A DNA stretch of 64,000 nucleotides from Dehalococcoidia bacterium. Its GTDB lineage: Bacteria; Chloroflexota; Dehalococcoidia; UBA2979. The notes below the pieces were generated by a model that had not been told where the DNA came from, made no database searches, and saw only the letters and a program-made list of their open reading frames with translations. Below are positions 49,009 through 58,863 of this stretch, piece after piece (the stretch's first letter is position 1; every line of letters starts with the position of its first letter). Position numbers and translations under genes: made by a program. The stretch is taken from positions 96,001-160,000 of the forward strand of contig OZ244720.1 of the NCBI GenBank assembly GCA_965219085.1, in the 5' to 3' direction.

Positions 49009-50039
49009 CTCTCGGTACCCGTTCTATTACCGCGAGCGCCAGCCGACACGGGAACGCAGTCACGGGCAACGTGCGCGCCTGGAGCAGTAGCGGTCTTCTT
49101 CCGTTATGTGTGCAATCGGTACGTCTGACGGGACTGTACTAGGAACGCGCCTCCCATGAGGCTGTCGGCCTCAGCGCCGGGTGGCTTGCTTCCGCGTTGA
49201 AGGATCTCCGAGCGGGAGGGCGCGTCACGCAGGGCATTCGTGCCAGTCGATATCCCTGGGTCGTCCAACGGTATGTACACGCTTTCTGTACAAAGTGCAT
49301 CCATTTCTCTGCTAATTGTGGACGGATCGCAGTAAATTCATGGCCTCACAGAGATTGAACTCCGGAATTCCCGCGGGGTCGGCTCGCTCGGCCCTTCGTC
49401 TTGAGGTTCGCCACCCCCCATTACGAGAGGACCGGAGACGGCGTCCGGACTCGCGTCCGACCGAAAAAACGTTCGTTGATTTGACTTTCATTGATTTGAA
49501 CCACTTTGAAACGGTGGCGGGGAAGTTTGACATGCCAGTGCAGCACGTTCGGAACATTCGCCACAAGAGGCATCCCGCGCCGGCCGGCCTGACGTTCGCG
49601 CTCGCGGCCCTGGCCGCGATGCTGTGGATCATGCTCACGGTGGACGGAGGCGAACGCACCGCCGCGGCCAGGCCACCGTCCGGCACGGTGGGCTGGGTGC
49701 GCACCTCGAGCAGTCGGCGAGTTCTCCCCCTCGAGGGACGGCAAGTACTTCTTCGAGGTCAAGCCGTCGATCAGGTCAGGGGCGACGATCGGCGCCTACT
49801 ACGTCAAGATCGAGGACATCGGGGCGCAATAGCCGGCGCACCGCGGGCGGCCGCGGCCACGGAGGGTCGCGAGGACAGGCCGGCGACTGCAGGAGGGGCG
49901 ACGATCGGCGCCTGCTACAGCACGATCGAGGTTGCTCTGGGTCGCGGGATGTGCACATTGAGTGCGATTCCCCGCTGTCCGCTCGCAACACGCCCTCACG
50001 GAATCGAGCATCCGCGGCCTCGTGCCTCTGGTGGATGAG

Positions 50040-50392
50040 GAGATGGACGGGGTGGCGCGCGAACAGCGCCTGAGGGCTGGAGACTGCCGAGGAGGGACTG
50101 GCCGACGTTCGCCGGCGGATGGACCGGCGAGGCGAGAGTCGTGCTCGAAGACAGGCGGGCGATGCTGGACAGCGGCGAGGTCATCGCCGCCTACGCTCGC
50201 GAGCTGGACGAGTTCCCGCGGACGAGCGAGTGACCGAGTCGAGGGCCTTCATCCGTTCGTCAAGGAGATCGTGGTGCAGCCCGGAACGGCGACAATCCGC
50301 TACACCATCCCTACCCCGCCGGACAGCCCCACCGGAGGGAGGGATGCGTCGGAGTTCGGACTCCTGGGCCGAGCTATGAGGACAGTCTCGTC
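50040..50392 (+). pseudogene. C-terminal remnant of a large serine recombinase
   Basis: Frameshifted pieces VIAAYAREL.EF / ESRAFIRS / FVKEIVVQPGTATIRYTIP running into the tRNA-Arg 3' end. Confidence 0.6.
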
Positions 50393-50467
50393 TGGTACCC
50401 TCGGCAGGACTCGAACCTGCGCCCCCGGCTCCGGAGGCCGGTGCTCTATCCACTGAGCTACGAGGGC
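50393..50467 (-). tRNA. tRNA-Arg(CCG)
   Basis: GCCCTCG...CCGGC-CT-CCG-GA-GCCGG...GGTTCGAGTCC...CGAGGGTACCA. Confidence 0.96.
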
Positions 50468-50515
50468 ATGGCCTTCAGTGTAGGGATGCCCGCGCGCGCG
50501 GAGCAACCGAGGCCG

Positions 50516-51676
50516 TTACGTCAGCGTCGCGAAGAACGCCGCCACATCGTCCGCGAAGAGCTCGGGCTGCTCCAGCGCGGCGAAGTGCCCTCCGCGCTCC
50601 ATCTCGGTCCAGCGCTCGATGCGGTAGTCGCGCTCCATCGCTGCGCGGGGAGACGCCCACGGCTCGGCCGGGAAGCGCGCGAAGGCCGTCGGCGTCTCGA
50701 TGCGGCCGCGCGGCTGGTACGGCGGGTCCTCGTGCTGCCGTTCGTAGTAGGTGCGCGCCGCGGACAGCACTTTCCCGGTCAGCCAGTAGAGCGTGACGTT
50801 CGCCAGCACGTCGTCGCGGTCGAACGTCTCCCACAGGTCATCGCCGTGGTCGCTCCAGGCCCAGAACTTCTCGACGATCCACGCGAGCAGTCCGACCGGC
50901 GAGTCATTGAGCGCGTAGGCAAGCGTCTGCGGCTTCGTGCCCTGCAGCGCGCCGTAGGCGCCCTCGCGGGTGCGCCAGTCGGCCTGGCTGTTCCACCACT
51001 CGGACTCCTCGGGTGACAGTTCGGCGCCCTCGGCCACAGCGCGCAGCGGCGGGAAGTTGAGATGCAGCCCCGCGACGGCCTCGGGGTGCGCCCCGGCGAG
51101 GCGGCTCGCGATGATCGCGCCCCAGTCCCCGCCCTGCACGCCGTAGCGGTCGTAGCCGAGGGCGCCCATGAGGGCGTGCATCCGCTCCGCGATGCGGCCC
51201 GGGTGCATGCCCGGCGTCGGCGGCACGTCGGAGAACCCGTAGCCGGGCAGCGACGGCACGATCACCTCGAACGCGGGCCCGCCTCCCGCGCCCCGTGAGA
51301 GCAGCTCCGCCGCCGGGATGAGTTCGATGAAGGAGCCGGGCCAGCCGTGCAGCAGCAGCAGCGGGAACGGCGCGACCTCGCCAGCGTCGGGTTCGGGCGC
51401 GAACAGGAAGCAGTGCAGCTCGCCCTCGGGATCGCCGAGGGGGCCCCGCAGCTGGGCGTGGCGGTTGAGCCGCTCCTGCACGTCGAACCAGTCGAACTCG
51501 GTGCGCCAGTAGCGCACGAGGCTGCGCAGCACGGCGTCGTCCGTGCCTGCGGACCAGCCGGTGGCGAACGGCATCGCTGGCCAGCGAGTCGAGTCGATGC
51601 GGCGATGCAGGTCGGCGACGGCGCGCGTGCTGAACGCGATGCGGAACGGCAGCATCCGCATCTGCGCGGGGTTCAT
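50516..51676 (-). CDS. Epoxide hydrolase (EHN + alpha/beta hydrolase)
   Basis: LLHGWPGS, SLPGYGFS, QGGDWG, GGHFAALEQP. Confidence 0.93.
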   Translation of the reverse strand: MNPAQMRMLPFRIAFSTRAVADLHRRIDSTRWPAMPFATGWSAGTDDAVLRSLVRYWRTEFDWFDVQERLNRHAQLRGPLGDPEGELHCFLFAPEPDAGEVAPFPLLLLHGWPGSFIELIPAAELLSRGAGGGPAFEVIVPSLPGYGFSDVPPTPGMHPGRIAERMHALMGALGYDRYGVQGGDWGAIIASRLAGAHPEAVAGLHLNFPPLRAVAEGAELSPEESEWWNSQADWRTREGAYGALQGTKPQTLAYALNDSPVGLLAWIVEKFWAWSDHGDDLWETFDRDDVLANVTLYWLTGKVLSAARTYYERQHEDPPYQPRGRIETPTAFARFPAEPWASPRAAMERDYRIERWTEMERGGHFAALEQPELFADDVAAFFATLT

Positions 51677-51706
51677 GGGGCGGCGACAGTTGCGCGCGCG
51701 ACGCCG

Positions 51707-52471
51707 CTAGCGGCCGTGGTAGACGGGCGTGCGCTTCTCGGCGAAGGCGTCGGCGGCCTCCTTCGTGTCCTCGAGCGCGTAGAGATAGTCCTGCGCCTGC
51801 TTCAGCCCGACAGCGTTCTGGTACTGCGACAGCCGCGGCCGCGCCATCAGCAGTTGCTCCTTCGTGACCTGGACGTGGCGAGGCGGCAGCGCGGCGATCT
51901 CCTCGGCGATCTCGCGCGCGACGCGCATCACGTCGTCGCGCGGCACGACGTGGTTGGCGAGGCCGATCTCGTAGCAGCGCTGGGCGCTGATCTGGTGGCC
52001 GCGGATCAGGATCTCGCTGGCCGCGAGCCACGGGATGTTGTTGACCACGCCGAAGTTCGTCGGTCCGATGGTGCCCGTGGGCACCTCGGACATGGCGAAG
52101 ACGGCATCGTCCGCCGCGACCACGATGTCCGAGTTGTACGCGAGCGCCCAGCCCGCGCCCCACGCGCCGCCGCGCACCGCGCAGATGACGGGCTTCGTCG
52201 TGTACGGCGAGGTCGTACGACCGCGCGCGCCGGTCGTGTGGCCGCCGAGTTCGGCCTGCTCCTTGATGTCGCGGCCGGCGCAGAAGATGCGGCCGGCGCC
52301 GGTGAGAATCACGACCCGCACGTCGTCGTCGTGGATCGCGACGTCCCAGGCCGCAACGAGGTCATCGGCGAGCTCGCTCCCGACGGCGTTGAGGCGCTCC
52401 GGCCGGTTGAGCGTGATAGTGGCGACGTGACCGTCCATCTCGTACTGCACGAACTGCAACTCATCTGCCAT
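51707..52471 (-). CDS. Enoyl-CoA hydratase/isomerase
   Basis: ITLNRPERLNA, FCAG.D, KPVICAV.G. Confidence 0.9.
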   Translation of the reverse strand: MADELQFVQYEMDGHVATITLNRPERLNAVGSELADDLVAAWDVAIHDDDVRVVILTGAGRIFCAGRDIKEQAELGGHTTGARGRTTSPYTTKPVICAVRGGAWGAGWALAYNSDIVVAADDAVFAMSEVPTGTIGPTNFGVVNNIPWLAASEILIRGHQISAQRCYEIGLANHVVPRDDVMRVAREIAEEIAALPPRHVQVTKEQLLMARPRLSQYQNAVGLKQAQDYLYALEDTKEAADAFAEKRTPVYHGR

Positions 52472-52543
52472 GACGGGCTCCCCTCGTGGTCGCCCGCACA
52501 CTAGCCGCCTGCTGCCCCGGCCCGCAACGCGCGGCCCGAGGAC

Positions 52544-54058
52544 TCAGTCGGCCCCGCGCCGCCGGTACTGGATCGCCTCGGCGAGGTGGGCGGCGCTGAT
52601 CGTCTCGCTACCCGCAAGGTCGGCGATCGTGCGGGCCACGCGCAAGATGCGGTGGAACGCGCGCGCCGAGAGCCCGATCTGCTCCATCGCCGCCGACAGC
52701 AGCGGCTCGGCGTCGGTCTCGAGCTGCTGCTGGCAGAACGCGCGTACCTCGGCCGGGCCCATCTCGGCGTTGGTCAGCTGCGCCGTCCCCGCGAGCCGCT
52801 CGCGCTGGAGCGAGCGCGCGGCCTCGACGCGTTCACGTACCGCCGCGCTCGACTCACCCGACGGTTCGCCCGACAGCTCGTGGTACTCGACGCGCGGGAC
52901 GCCCATGAACAGGTCGAAGCGGTCGAGCAGCGGGCCAGAGACACGTCGCTGGTAGCGCGACACGGTGGAGTCGTTGCAGGAGCAGGTGCGGCGCGAGTCG
53001 CCGTAGTAGCCGCAGGGGCACGGGTTCATCGCGGCGATGAGCAGGATGCGTGCCGGGAACGTCAGCGAGCCGCGCGCCCGCGAGATGGTCACGCTTCCGC
53101 TCTCCAGCGGCTCGCGCAACGCCTCAAGGGCGGCGCCGGGGTACTCGGGGAACTCGTCCAGGAACAGCACGCCGCGGTGCGCGAGTGAGATCTCGCCCGG
53201 GCGGATCGTACTCCCGCCGCCGACGAGGCCCGCGTGCGAGATCGTGTGGTGCGGCGAACGGAACGGTCGTTGCCGCACCATGGCGCGGTCCTGCCCCACC
53301 AACCCGGCGACCGAGTAGATCTTCGTCACGTCGAGGGCTTCGGACGCGCTCAGCTCGGGCAGGATGCCCGGTACCGCGCGCGCGAGGAGCGTCTTCCCGG
53401 CGCCGGGTGGCCCCTGCAGCATCACGTTGTGGCTGCCCGCCGCGGCCACCTCGAGCGCGCGTTTCACGTGCTCCTGGCCGCGTACCACCGCGAGGTCGAC
53501 AGCCGCCGGGTGCTCCTCGCGACCACCATCCGGCTCACAGTCGGCGAGCCACGTCTCCGGGTCCTCGCGCACGTTCGAGAGCGTATCTAGCCCTCGCACC
53601 TCGATCGTCTCTGCCAGTTGCGCCTCGGCCACGTCCTCGGGCGGCACGACGGCGGTCGCGATGCCCTGGTCCGCGCACATCGAGACCAGCGGCAGCACGC
53701 CGTTGACGTGCCGCAGGTGCCCGTCGAGCGAGAGTTCGCCGAGCATCGCCATCTCGCCGAACCGGTCCGGTACCTGCTTCGACGCGACGAGGATGGCGAC
53801 GGCGATCGGGAGGTCGTAGAGGGGGCCCTGCTTGCGCACGTCCGCGGGGGCGAGGTTGACGGTGATGCGGCGCAGCGGGAACTCGAACCCCGCGTTGCGG
53901 ATCGCGGCGCGCACGCGCTCACGCGCCTCCTGCACCGCGGCGTCGGGGAGCCCGACGATGTTGAACGCCGGCAGACCACTGCCGATGTCGACCTCGACGT
54001 CGACGGGGATGCCCTCGACCCCGACAACCGCGCCGCTTCGAACCTTCGCGAGCGTCAT
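52544..54058 (-). CDS. comM: ComM/YifB Mg-chelatase-like AAA+ ATPase
   Basis: VGLPD.AV.E, GELSLDG, GPPGAGKT, PGEISLAHRGVLFLDE, NPCPCG. Confidence 0.95.
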   Translation of the reverse strand: MTLAKVRSGAVVGVEGIPVDVEVDIGSGLPAFNIVGLPDAAVQEARERVRAAIRNAGFEFPLRRITVNLAPADVRKQGPLYDLPIAVAILVASKQVPDRFGEMAMLGELSLDGHLRHVNGVLPLVSMCADQGIATAVVPPEDVAEAQLAETIEVRGLDTLSNVREDPETWLADCEPDGGREEHPAAVDLAVVRGQEHVKRALEVAAAGSHNVMLQGPPGAGKTLLARAVPGILPELSASEALDVTKIYSVAGLVGQDRAMVRQRPFRSPHHTISHAGLVGGGSTIRPGEISLAHRGVLFLDEFPEYPGAALEALREPLESGSVTISRARGSLTFPARILLIAAMNPCPCGYYGDSRRTCSCNDSTVSRYQRRVSGPLLDRFDLFMGVPRVEYHELSGEPSGESSAAVRERVEAARSLQRERLAGTAQLTNAEMGPAEVRAFCQQQLETDAEPLLSAAMEQIGLSARAFHRILRVARTIADLAGSETISAAHLAEAIQYRRRGAD

Positions 54059-54132
54059 ATGCGCCTCTCCGTCACCGCGTAACGGCACATCGGCCGTTAC
54101 GGCGCGGAGTCTAGCACATCAGTTCGTTCAAG

Positions 54133-54146
54133 AGAACAATCGTTTC
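54133..54146. promoter_or_regulatory. Putative LexA (GAAC-N4-GTTY) box upstream of comM
   Basis: AGAAC-AATC-GTTTC in the relA-comM intergenic region. Confidence 0.5.
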
Positions 54147-54159
54147 AACACGGACGTTG

Positions 54160-56355
54160 TCAGCGCTCGGACCGTGCGACGGAGATAACGCCCCGGATAC
54201 CGTCGAGGCGCCCCATCAGTCTGGAGACCTGCGTGCGGCCTTCGGTCTCGAGGGTGAGGTGGATCGTGATGGTGCGGTCACCGTGGTCCTGCGTGCTCAC
54301 GTTGACCATGTTCACGCGCTCGGACGCCACGAAGGTGCTGATGTCGCGCAGCAGGCCGACCCGGTCCCAGGCGCGCACCTCCACGGCGGCTGCATACAAA
54401 GCGCCGCTGTGGCCCCAGTCGCACTCGACGAAGCGCTCGGACTCGGCCGCGTTGCGGGCGTTATGACAGCTCCGGCGGTGGATGGTGACGCCTCGCGCTC
54501 TCGTCACGTAGCCGATGATGTCGTCGCCCGGCAGCGGTCCGCAGCATCGTGCGAGGGTCACGTGCAGGCCGGCCGACCCGAGCACGCGCACGCTCGGCGC
54601 GCCGCTCGTGGCCGTGACGGTGGGCGCTGCGAGCTGTGGCGCCGGCGCGGACTCGACACCGTGGTCGGCGAGCTTGTTGCTCAGGTTCTGCACCGAGACG
54701 TCGCCGTAGCCGACCGCTGCGAGCAGGTCCTCGAAGCTCTCGTAGTTGAAGTCGCTGTGGAAGTCCTCAGGCACCGCGTCGATGCCCATGCGCTTGCGCT
54801 CGCGCTCCAGCAGCTCGCGGCCACGGGCGACGTTCTCGCCGCGCTCCCGGCGGCGGAACCACTGCCGGACCTTCTGCCGCGAGTGGCTCGATCCGAGGTA
54901 GCCGAGCTCCGCGCTCAACCAGTCGCGCGACGGCCCGTTGGAGCGCCGGCTGCTCAGGATCTCGACAATGTCGCCGTTCTGGAGCGGCGTGTTGAGCTGC
55001 GTGATACGCCCGTTGATGCGCGCGCCGGTGCAGTAATGCCCGAGGTCGGTGTGGATGCGGTACGCGAAGTCGATCGGCGTCGAGCCGGCCGGCATCACGC
55101 GCACATCGCCCCGAGGGGTGAACACGAAGACCTGGTCGCGGAACACGTCCGTCTTCACGGACTCGAGGAAGTCCTCGGTGCCCGACGCCTCCTGCTGCCA
55201 CTCGATGAGGTGGCGCAGCCAGGCCATGCGCTCCTCGTACTGGCGGTCGCCGGCGCCGGCGTCCTCCTTGTAGCGCCAGTGCGCCGCGACGCCGTACTCG
55301 GCAATCTCGTGCATCTCGTTGGTGCGGATCTGCACCTCGAACGGGCGCGCGCCCGGCCCCATGACGCTCGTGTGCAGCGACTGGTAGAGCGACTCCTTCG
55401 GGCTCGCGATGTAGTCGTCGAACGCGCCGGGGATCGGGTGCCATGTCTGATGCACCACGCCGAGCGCGTGATAGCAATCGCCGACGTTGCTCACGAGCAC
55501 GCGCAGCGCGACGAGGTCGTGGATCTGGTCGAACGATTTTCCCTCGGCGGCGTAGCGCTGCATCTTCTCGTGCGTCGAGTAGAGGTGCTTCACGCGCCCC
55601 GTCACGTTGGCCTCGACGCCGGCCTCGGTGAGCGTTTCGCGCAGCTGCCGCTCGATGCGCCGCACGAACCGCTCGCGCTGCGTGCGCCGCGAGGAGATCG
55701 CCGAGGCTGCCCGGCGGTACTGCTCGGGTTCGAGCAGGCGGAACGCGAGGTCCTCGAGCTGCCACTTCATCTGCCAGATGCCGAGCCGGCCGGCGAGCGG
55801 CGCGTAGATGTCCATCGTCTCGCGTGCGATCTCGCGCTGCCGGTGCGGTTCGAGGTGTTCGATGGTGCGCATGTTGTGCAGCCGGTCGGCGATCTTCACG
55901 ATCACGACCCGCACGTCCTCGGCCATCGCGAGCAGCATCTTGCGCACAGTCTCGGCGTCGACGGCGCCCTTGCCCCCGGGCGCTGCCGTCGAGGGGATGT
56001 GGTCGATCTTCGTGGCGCCCTCGACGAGTCTGGCGATGTCGGCGCCAAAGCCGCTGATCAGCTGCTCACGGCTGACGTCGCAGTCCTCCATGACGTCGTG
56101 GAGGAGCGCCGCCTGCACGGTGTGGGCGTCCATGTGCAGCTCGCCGACGAGTTTCGCGACGGCCACGGGATGCGTGATGTAGGGCTCGCCGGAGCGCCGC
56201 AGCTGCTCGCGGTGGCACTCGGCGGCGAACTCGTACGCGTGCCGGACTTCTTCGAGGCGGTCGTCGGGGAGGTACCCGCGCAGCGATTCAAGCAGCTCCG
56301 AGGAGCCGTCGTCGTAGGCCGTGCCGGTGCGTTCGTCCACGCTGGACGTCGTCAT
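54160..56355 (-). CDS. rel: Bifunctional (p)ppGpp synthetase/hydrolase (long RSH)
   Basis: GEPYI.HP, LLHDV.ED, ADRLHNMRT, YQSLHT, EVQIRT, TGS and ACT domains. Confidence 0.96.
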   Translation of the reverse strand: MTTSSVDERTGTAYDDGSSELLESLRGYLPDDRLEEVRHAYEFAAECHREQLRRSGEPYITHPVAVAKLVGELHMDAHTVQAALLHDVMEDCDVSREQLISGFGADIARLVEGATKIDHIPSTAAPGGKGAVDAETVRKMLLAMAEDVRVVIVKIADRLHNMRTIEHLEPHRQREIARETMDIYAPLAGRLGIWQMKWQLEDLAFRLLEPEQYRRAASAISSRRTQRERFVRRIERQLRETLTEAGVEANVTGRVKHLYSTHEKMQRYAAEGKSFDQIHDLVALRVLVSNVGDCYHALGVVHQTWHPIPGAFDDYIASPKESLYQSLHTSVMGPGARPFEVQIRTNEMHEIAEYGVAAHWRYKEDAGAGDRQYEERMAWLRHLIEWQQEASGTEDFLESVKTDVFRDQVFVFTPRGDVRVMPAGSTPIDFAYRIHTDLGHYCTGARINGRITQLNTPLQNGDIVEILSSRRSNGPSRDWLSAELGYLGSSHSRQKVRQWFRRRERGENVARGRELLERERKRMGIDAVPEDFHSDFNYESFEDLLAAVGYGDVSVQNLSNKLADHGVESAPAPQLAAPTVTATSGAPSVRVLGSAGLHVTLARCCGPLPGDDIIGYVTRARGVTIHRRSCHNARNAAESERFVECDWGHSGALYAAAVEVRAWDRVGLLRDISTFVASERVNMVNVSTQDHGDRTITIHLTLETEGRTQVSRLMGRLDGIRGVISVARSER

Positions 56356-56461
56356 GATCAGGCAGGTTAGCACTTCGGCGCTCCCGGAGACAGCGCGTGA
56401 TGAACGCGACCGGCGCAACGCGTACCCTCGTTCGAGCGACGGCGAGCGCGCCGGAGGGCGT

Positions 56462-57802
56462 ATGGCGGACCTGCAGGCTCCTCGCGGCATGAGCGACGTC
56501 CTCCCCGAGGACGAACCGCTGTGGCGCTTCGTCCGCGACACCGCGGAACGCGTCGCCCGCTCCTTCGACTACCGGCTCATCACCACCCCGATCGTCGAGG
56601 ATATGCGCGTCTTCGCCCGCACGGCCGGAGACGAGTCCGACATCGTCTCGAAAGAGATGTATGTCTTCGAGGACCGTGGCGGCGGCGAGCTCGCCCTGCG
56701 GCCCGAGGGCACCGCGGCCGTCTGCCGCGCCTACATCGAGCACGGCATGGGCAGCCGCCCGCAGCCGGTCCGCCTCTACTACTTCGGCCCGATGTTCCGC
56801 TACGACCGCCCGCAGGCGGGCCGCTACCGTCAGCTCTGGCAGTTCGGCGTCGAGTGCATCGGCGACCCCTCGCCGGCCGCCGACGCCGAGATCATCGAGC
56901 TGCAGTACACGCTCTTCCGCGAGCTCGGGCTGATTCGGACGGACACGGCGGCTCCCGGTCACGACCTCGTGCTGCGCATCAACTCGATCGGTACGGCGGA
57001 CACGCGCCGCACCTACGTCGACGTGCTGCGCGAGCACCTGCGCCCGCACCTCGACGGCCTCACGGCCGACTCGCAGCGCCGGTTCGAGACGAACGTGCTG
57101 CGCATCCTCGACTCGAAGGAAGACTCCGCCCACCCCGCGCTCACGAGCGCACCGAGCATCCTCGACTACCTCACCGACGACGACGCCCAACACTTCGCGG
57201 AGGTGCGCGCACTCCTCGACGCCTCGAGCGTCCCCTACGAGATCGCGCCGCACATCGTGCGCGGCCTCGACTACTACGCGCGCACCGTGTGGGAGTTCGA
57301 GCCGCCGGAAGCCGAGGGCTCAGCCTCCCCTGGACGCGGGGATGCCCCGCGGGGCGGTGGCGGCCAACAGGGCACCGTCAGCGCCGGCGGCCGCTACGAC
57401 GGCCTCATCGAGCTCCTCGGCGGCCCGCCGACGCCGGGCACCGGCACCGCGATGGGCGTCGAGCGCACGATCCTCAACCTCCGCGCCCGTGGCATCGAGG
57501 CGCCCTCGGACGCCGCGGTCGACGTGGTCATGATCCCGCTCGGCGAGCACGGCCCGGGGGCGGCGCTGCGCCTCGCGCAGGCGTTGCGCGCGGCGGGCCT
57601 CGTCGTGCGCGCGGGCATCCCGGGCCGCTCGATGCGCGCGCAGCTCCGCAGCGCCGGCGCCTCCGGCGCCCGCTACGCCGCCATCCTCGGCGACAACGAG
57701 GCGGAGCGCGGCGTCGTGCAGCTCAAGCACCTCGCCGGTGACGGGGAGCAGCGCGAGGTTGCACTGAGCGATGCGCCAAGTGTCGTCGGAGGCGACGAGT
57801 AG
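56462..57802 (+). CDS. hisS: Histidine--tRNA ligase
   Basis: LRPEGTA, FRYDRPQAGRYRQ, VRGLDYY, GGRYDGL. Confidence 0.97.
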   Translation: MADLQAPRGMSDVLPEDEPLWRFVRDTAERVARSFDYRLITTPIVEDMRVFARTAGDESDIVSKEMYVFEDRGGGELALRPEGTAAVCRAYIEHGMGSRPQPVRLYYFGPMFRYDRPQAGRYRQLWQFGVECIGDPSPAADAEIIELQYTLFRELGLIRTDTAAPGHDLVLRINSIGTADTRRTYVDVLREHLRPHLDGLTADSQRRFETNVLRILDSKEDSAHPALTSAPSILDYLTDDDAQHFAEVRALLDASSVPYEIAPHIVRGLDYYARTVWEFEPPEAEGSASPGRGDAPRGGGGQQGTVSAGGRYDGLIELLGGPPTPGTGTAMGVERTILNLRARGIEAPSDAAVDVVMIPLGEHGPGAALRLAQALRAAGLVVRAGIPGRSMRAQLRSAGASGARYAAILGDNEAERGVVQLKHLAGDGEQREVALSDAPSVVGGDE

Positions 57803-57811
57803 GCGCTGACT

Positions 57812-58174
57812 TCAGTCGACTGGTGCCAGCCAGTGCTCGCCCTCGATAGTCTCGCCTGAACGCAGCAGCGCGTCGAGCGCGCGCACGAGGCGACCGACTG
57901 TGCGCGGATGCCCGCGCGGCCAGCGCCGGTTGCTCGTCAGGATCAGCCCGAGGTGCTGACCGCCGGACCGAACCTCGGCGGCGGCAAGCCGGCGGTAGTC
58001 GCCCCGATCCTCCGTCACGACCAAGCGATCGTCCGCACGCGCAACAGCGAGAATCCCGTGGTCCGGAAGGCCGCGCAGCGTGTGCACATCGCTCACGGCA
58101 ACAACGTCGTGGCCGCGCGCTTGCAACCCCGCTGCCACGGCCGGGTCCATCATTTCGTCGAGGAGCAGCTTCAA
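57812..58174 (-). CDS. DUF5615 PIN-like toxin
   Basis: MKLLLDEM...GHDVV...D..IL..A....R.VVTED..D. Confidence 0.85.
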   Translation of the reverse strand: MKLLLDEMMDPAVAAGLQARGHDVVAVSDVHTLRGLPDHGILAVARADDRLVVTEDRGDYRRLAAAEVRSGGQHLGLILTSNRRWPRGHPRTVGRLVRALDALLRSGETIEGEHWLAPVD

Positions 58175-58608
58175 GCGCGCTGGAGCTCGCGCTTACGCAG
58201 CCACTCGGCCTCCGCGCGTTCCGACTCGTCGTCGAGGACGCGCATCCATTCGTCAATCTCGTCGTGGTAGTCGATGTAGTACCCGATGGCGGCCAGCATC
58301 GTGTGGCGCGGCACGCTGCTGAGGAGCGCGATCGCGTGGTCGGCGGCGCGCTCAATCGCTTCATCGCTGTCGAGCGGGAGGTCGCGGAAGAGACGGGCCA
58401 CCATCCATACGTCCGGGCCGCCCATGAGTACCGGGCGCCGGCCTGCGGGCTCCGTGCGGAAGAATACCCACGGGTGCTTCGCCATGCGCAAGCCCTCGTC
58501 GAGGAGCCGCGCCGCCGCGTCCTCACGCGACTCGCCTTCCTCGCGGACGTGCTCATCGAGCGCCTGGAGCGCTGCGTCGTCGAGTTCGATCGAAAGATCC
58601 TTCTTCAC
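58171..58608 (-). CDS. Antitoxin (RHH + DUF433-like)
   Basis: HP...FR..P.GRRPVL.GGPDVW.V...AI.YY..Y.DEID; overlaps the toxin start. Confidence 0.8.
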   Translation of the reverse strand: MKKDLSIELDDAALQALDEHVREEGESREDAAARLLDEGLRMAKHPWVFFRTEPAGRRPVLMGGPDVWMVARLFRDLPLDSDEAIERAADHAIALLSSVPRHTMLAAIGYYIDYHDEIDEWMRVLDDESERAEAEWLRKRELQRA

Positions 58609-58725
58609 CCCTGAGCCTCCACCGCGTGGGAGCGGTCGACACATCGTAGCATCGCGGCCCGCGCGGGCTCCCCACGAGCGCCCCTGCTAAATGATCAGCG
58701 GTCGAACGCATCGCGAGGTGGGAGC

Positions 58726-58772
58726 AGGCACCGCTGGGTCGCGCGGTCGGACCGCGCGACCCAGCGGTGCCT
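58726..58772. repeat. Perfect 23-bp inverted repeat with 1-nt spacer
   Basis: AGGCACCGCTGGGTCGCGCGGTC-G-GACCGCGCGACCCAGCGGTGCCT. Confidence 0.92.
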
Positions 58773-58863
58773 CCGACGACCGTCGCATGGCCGACCTCCC
58801 GCGCGAACGCTATGCTAGACGCATCACCCTGGCGCGCATTCTCCACAAGCCGAGAGGGACTCC

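Noticed and set aside
49316-50038. 240-aa ORF as an intact gene
   Set aside because: Looks like a read-through of intergenic DNA and gene debris; no coherent domain or RBS.
57322-57350. Type I-E CRISPR repeat-like sequence (CCCC...GCGGGGATG)
   Set aside because: Single degenerate copy inside the hisS coding sequence; no array.
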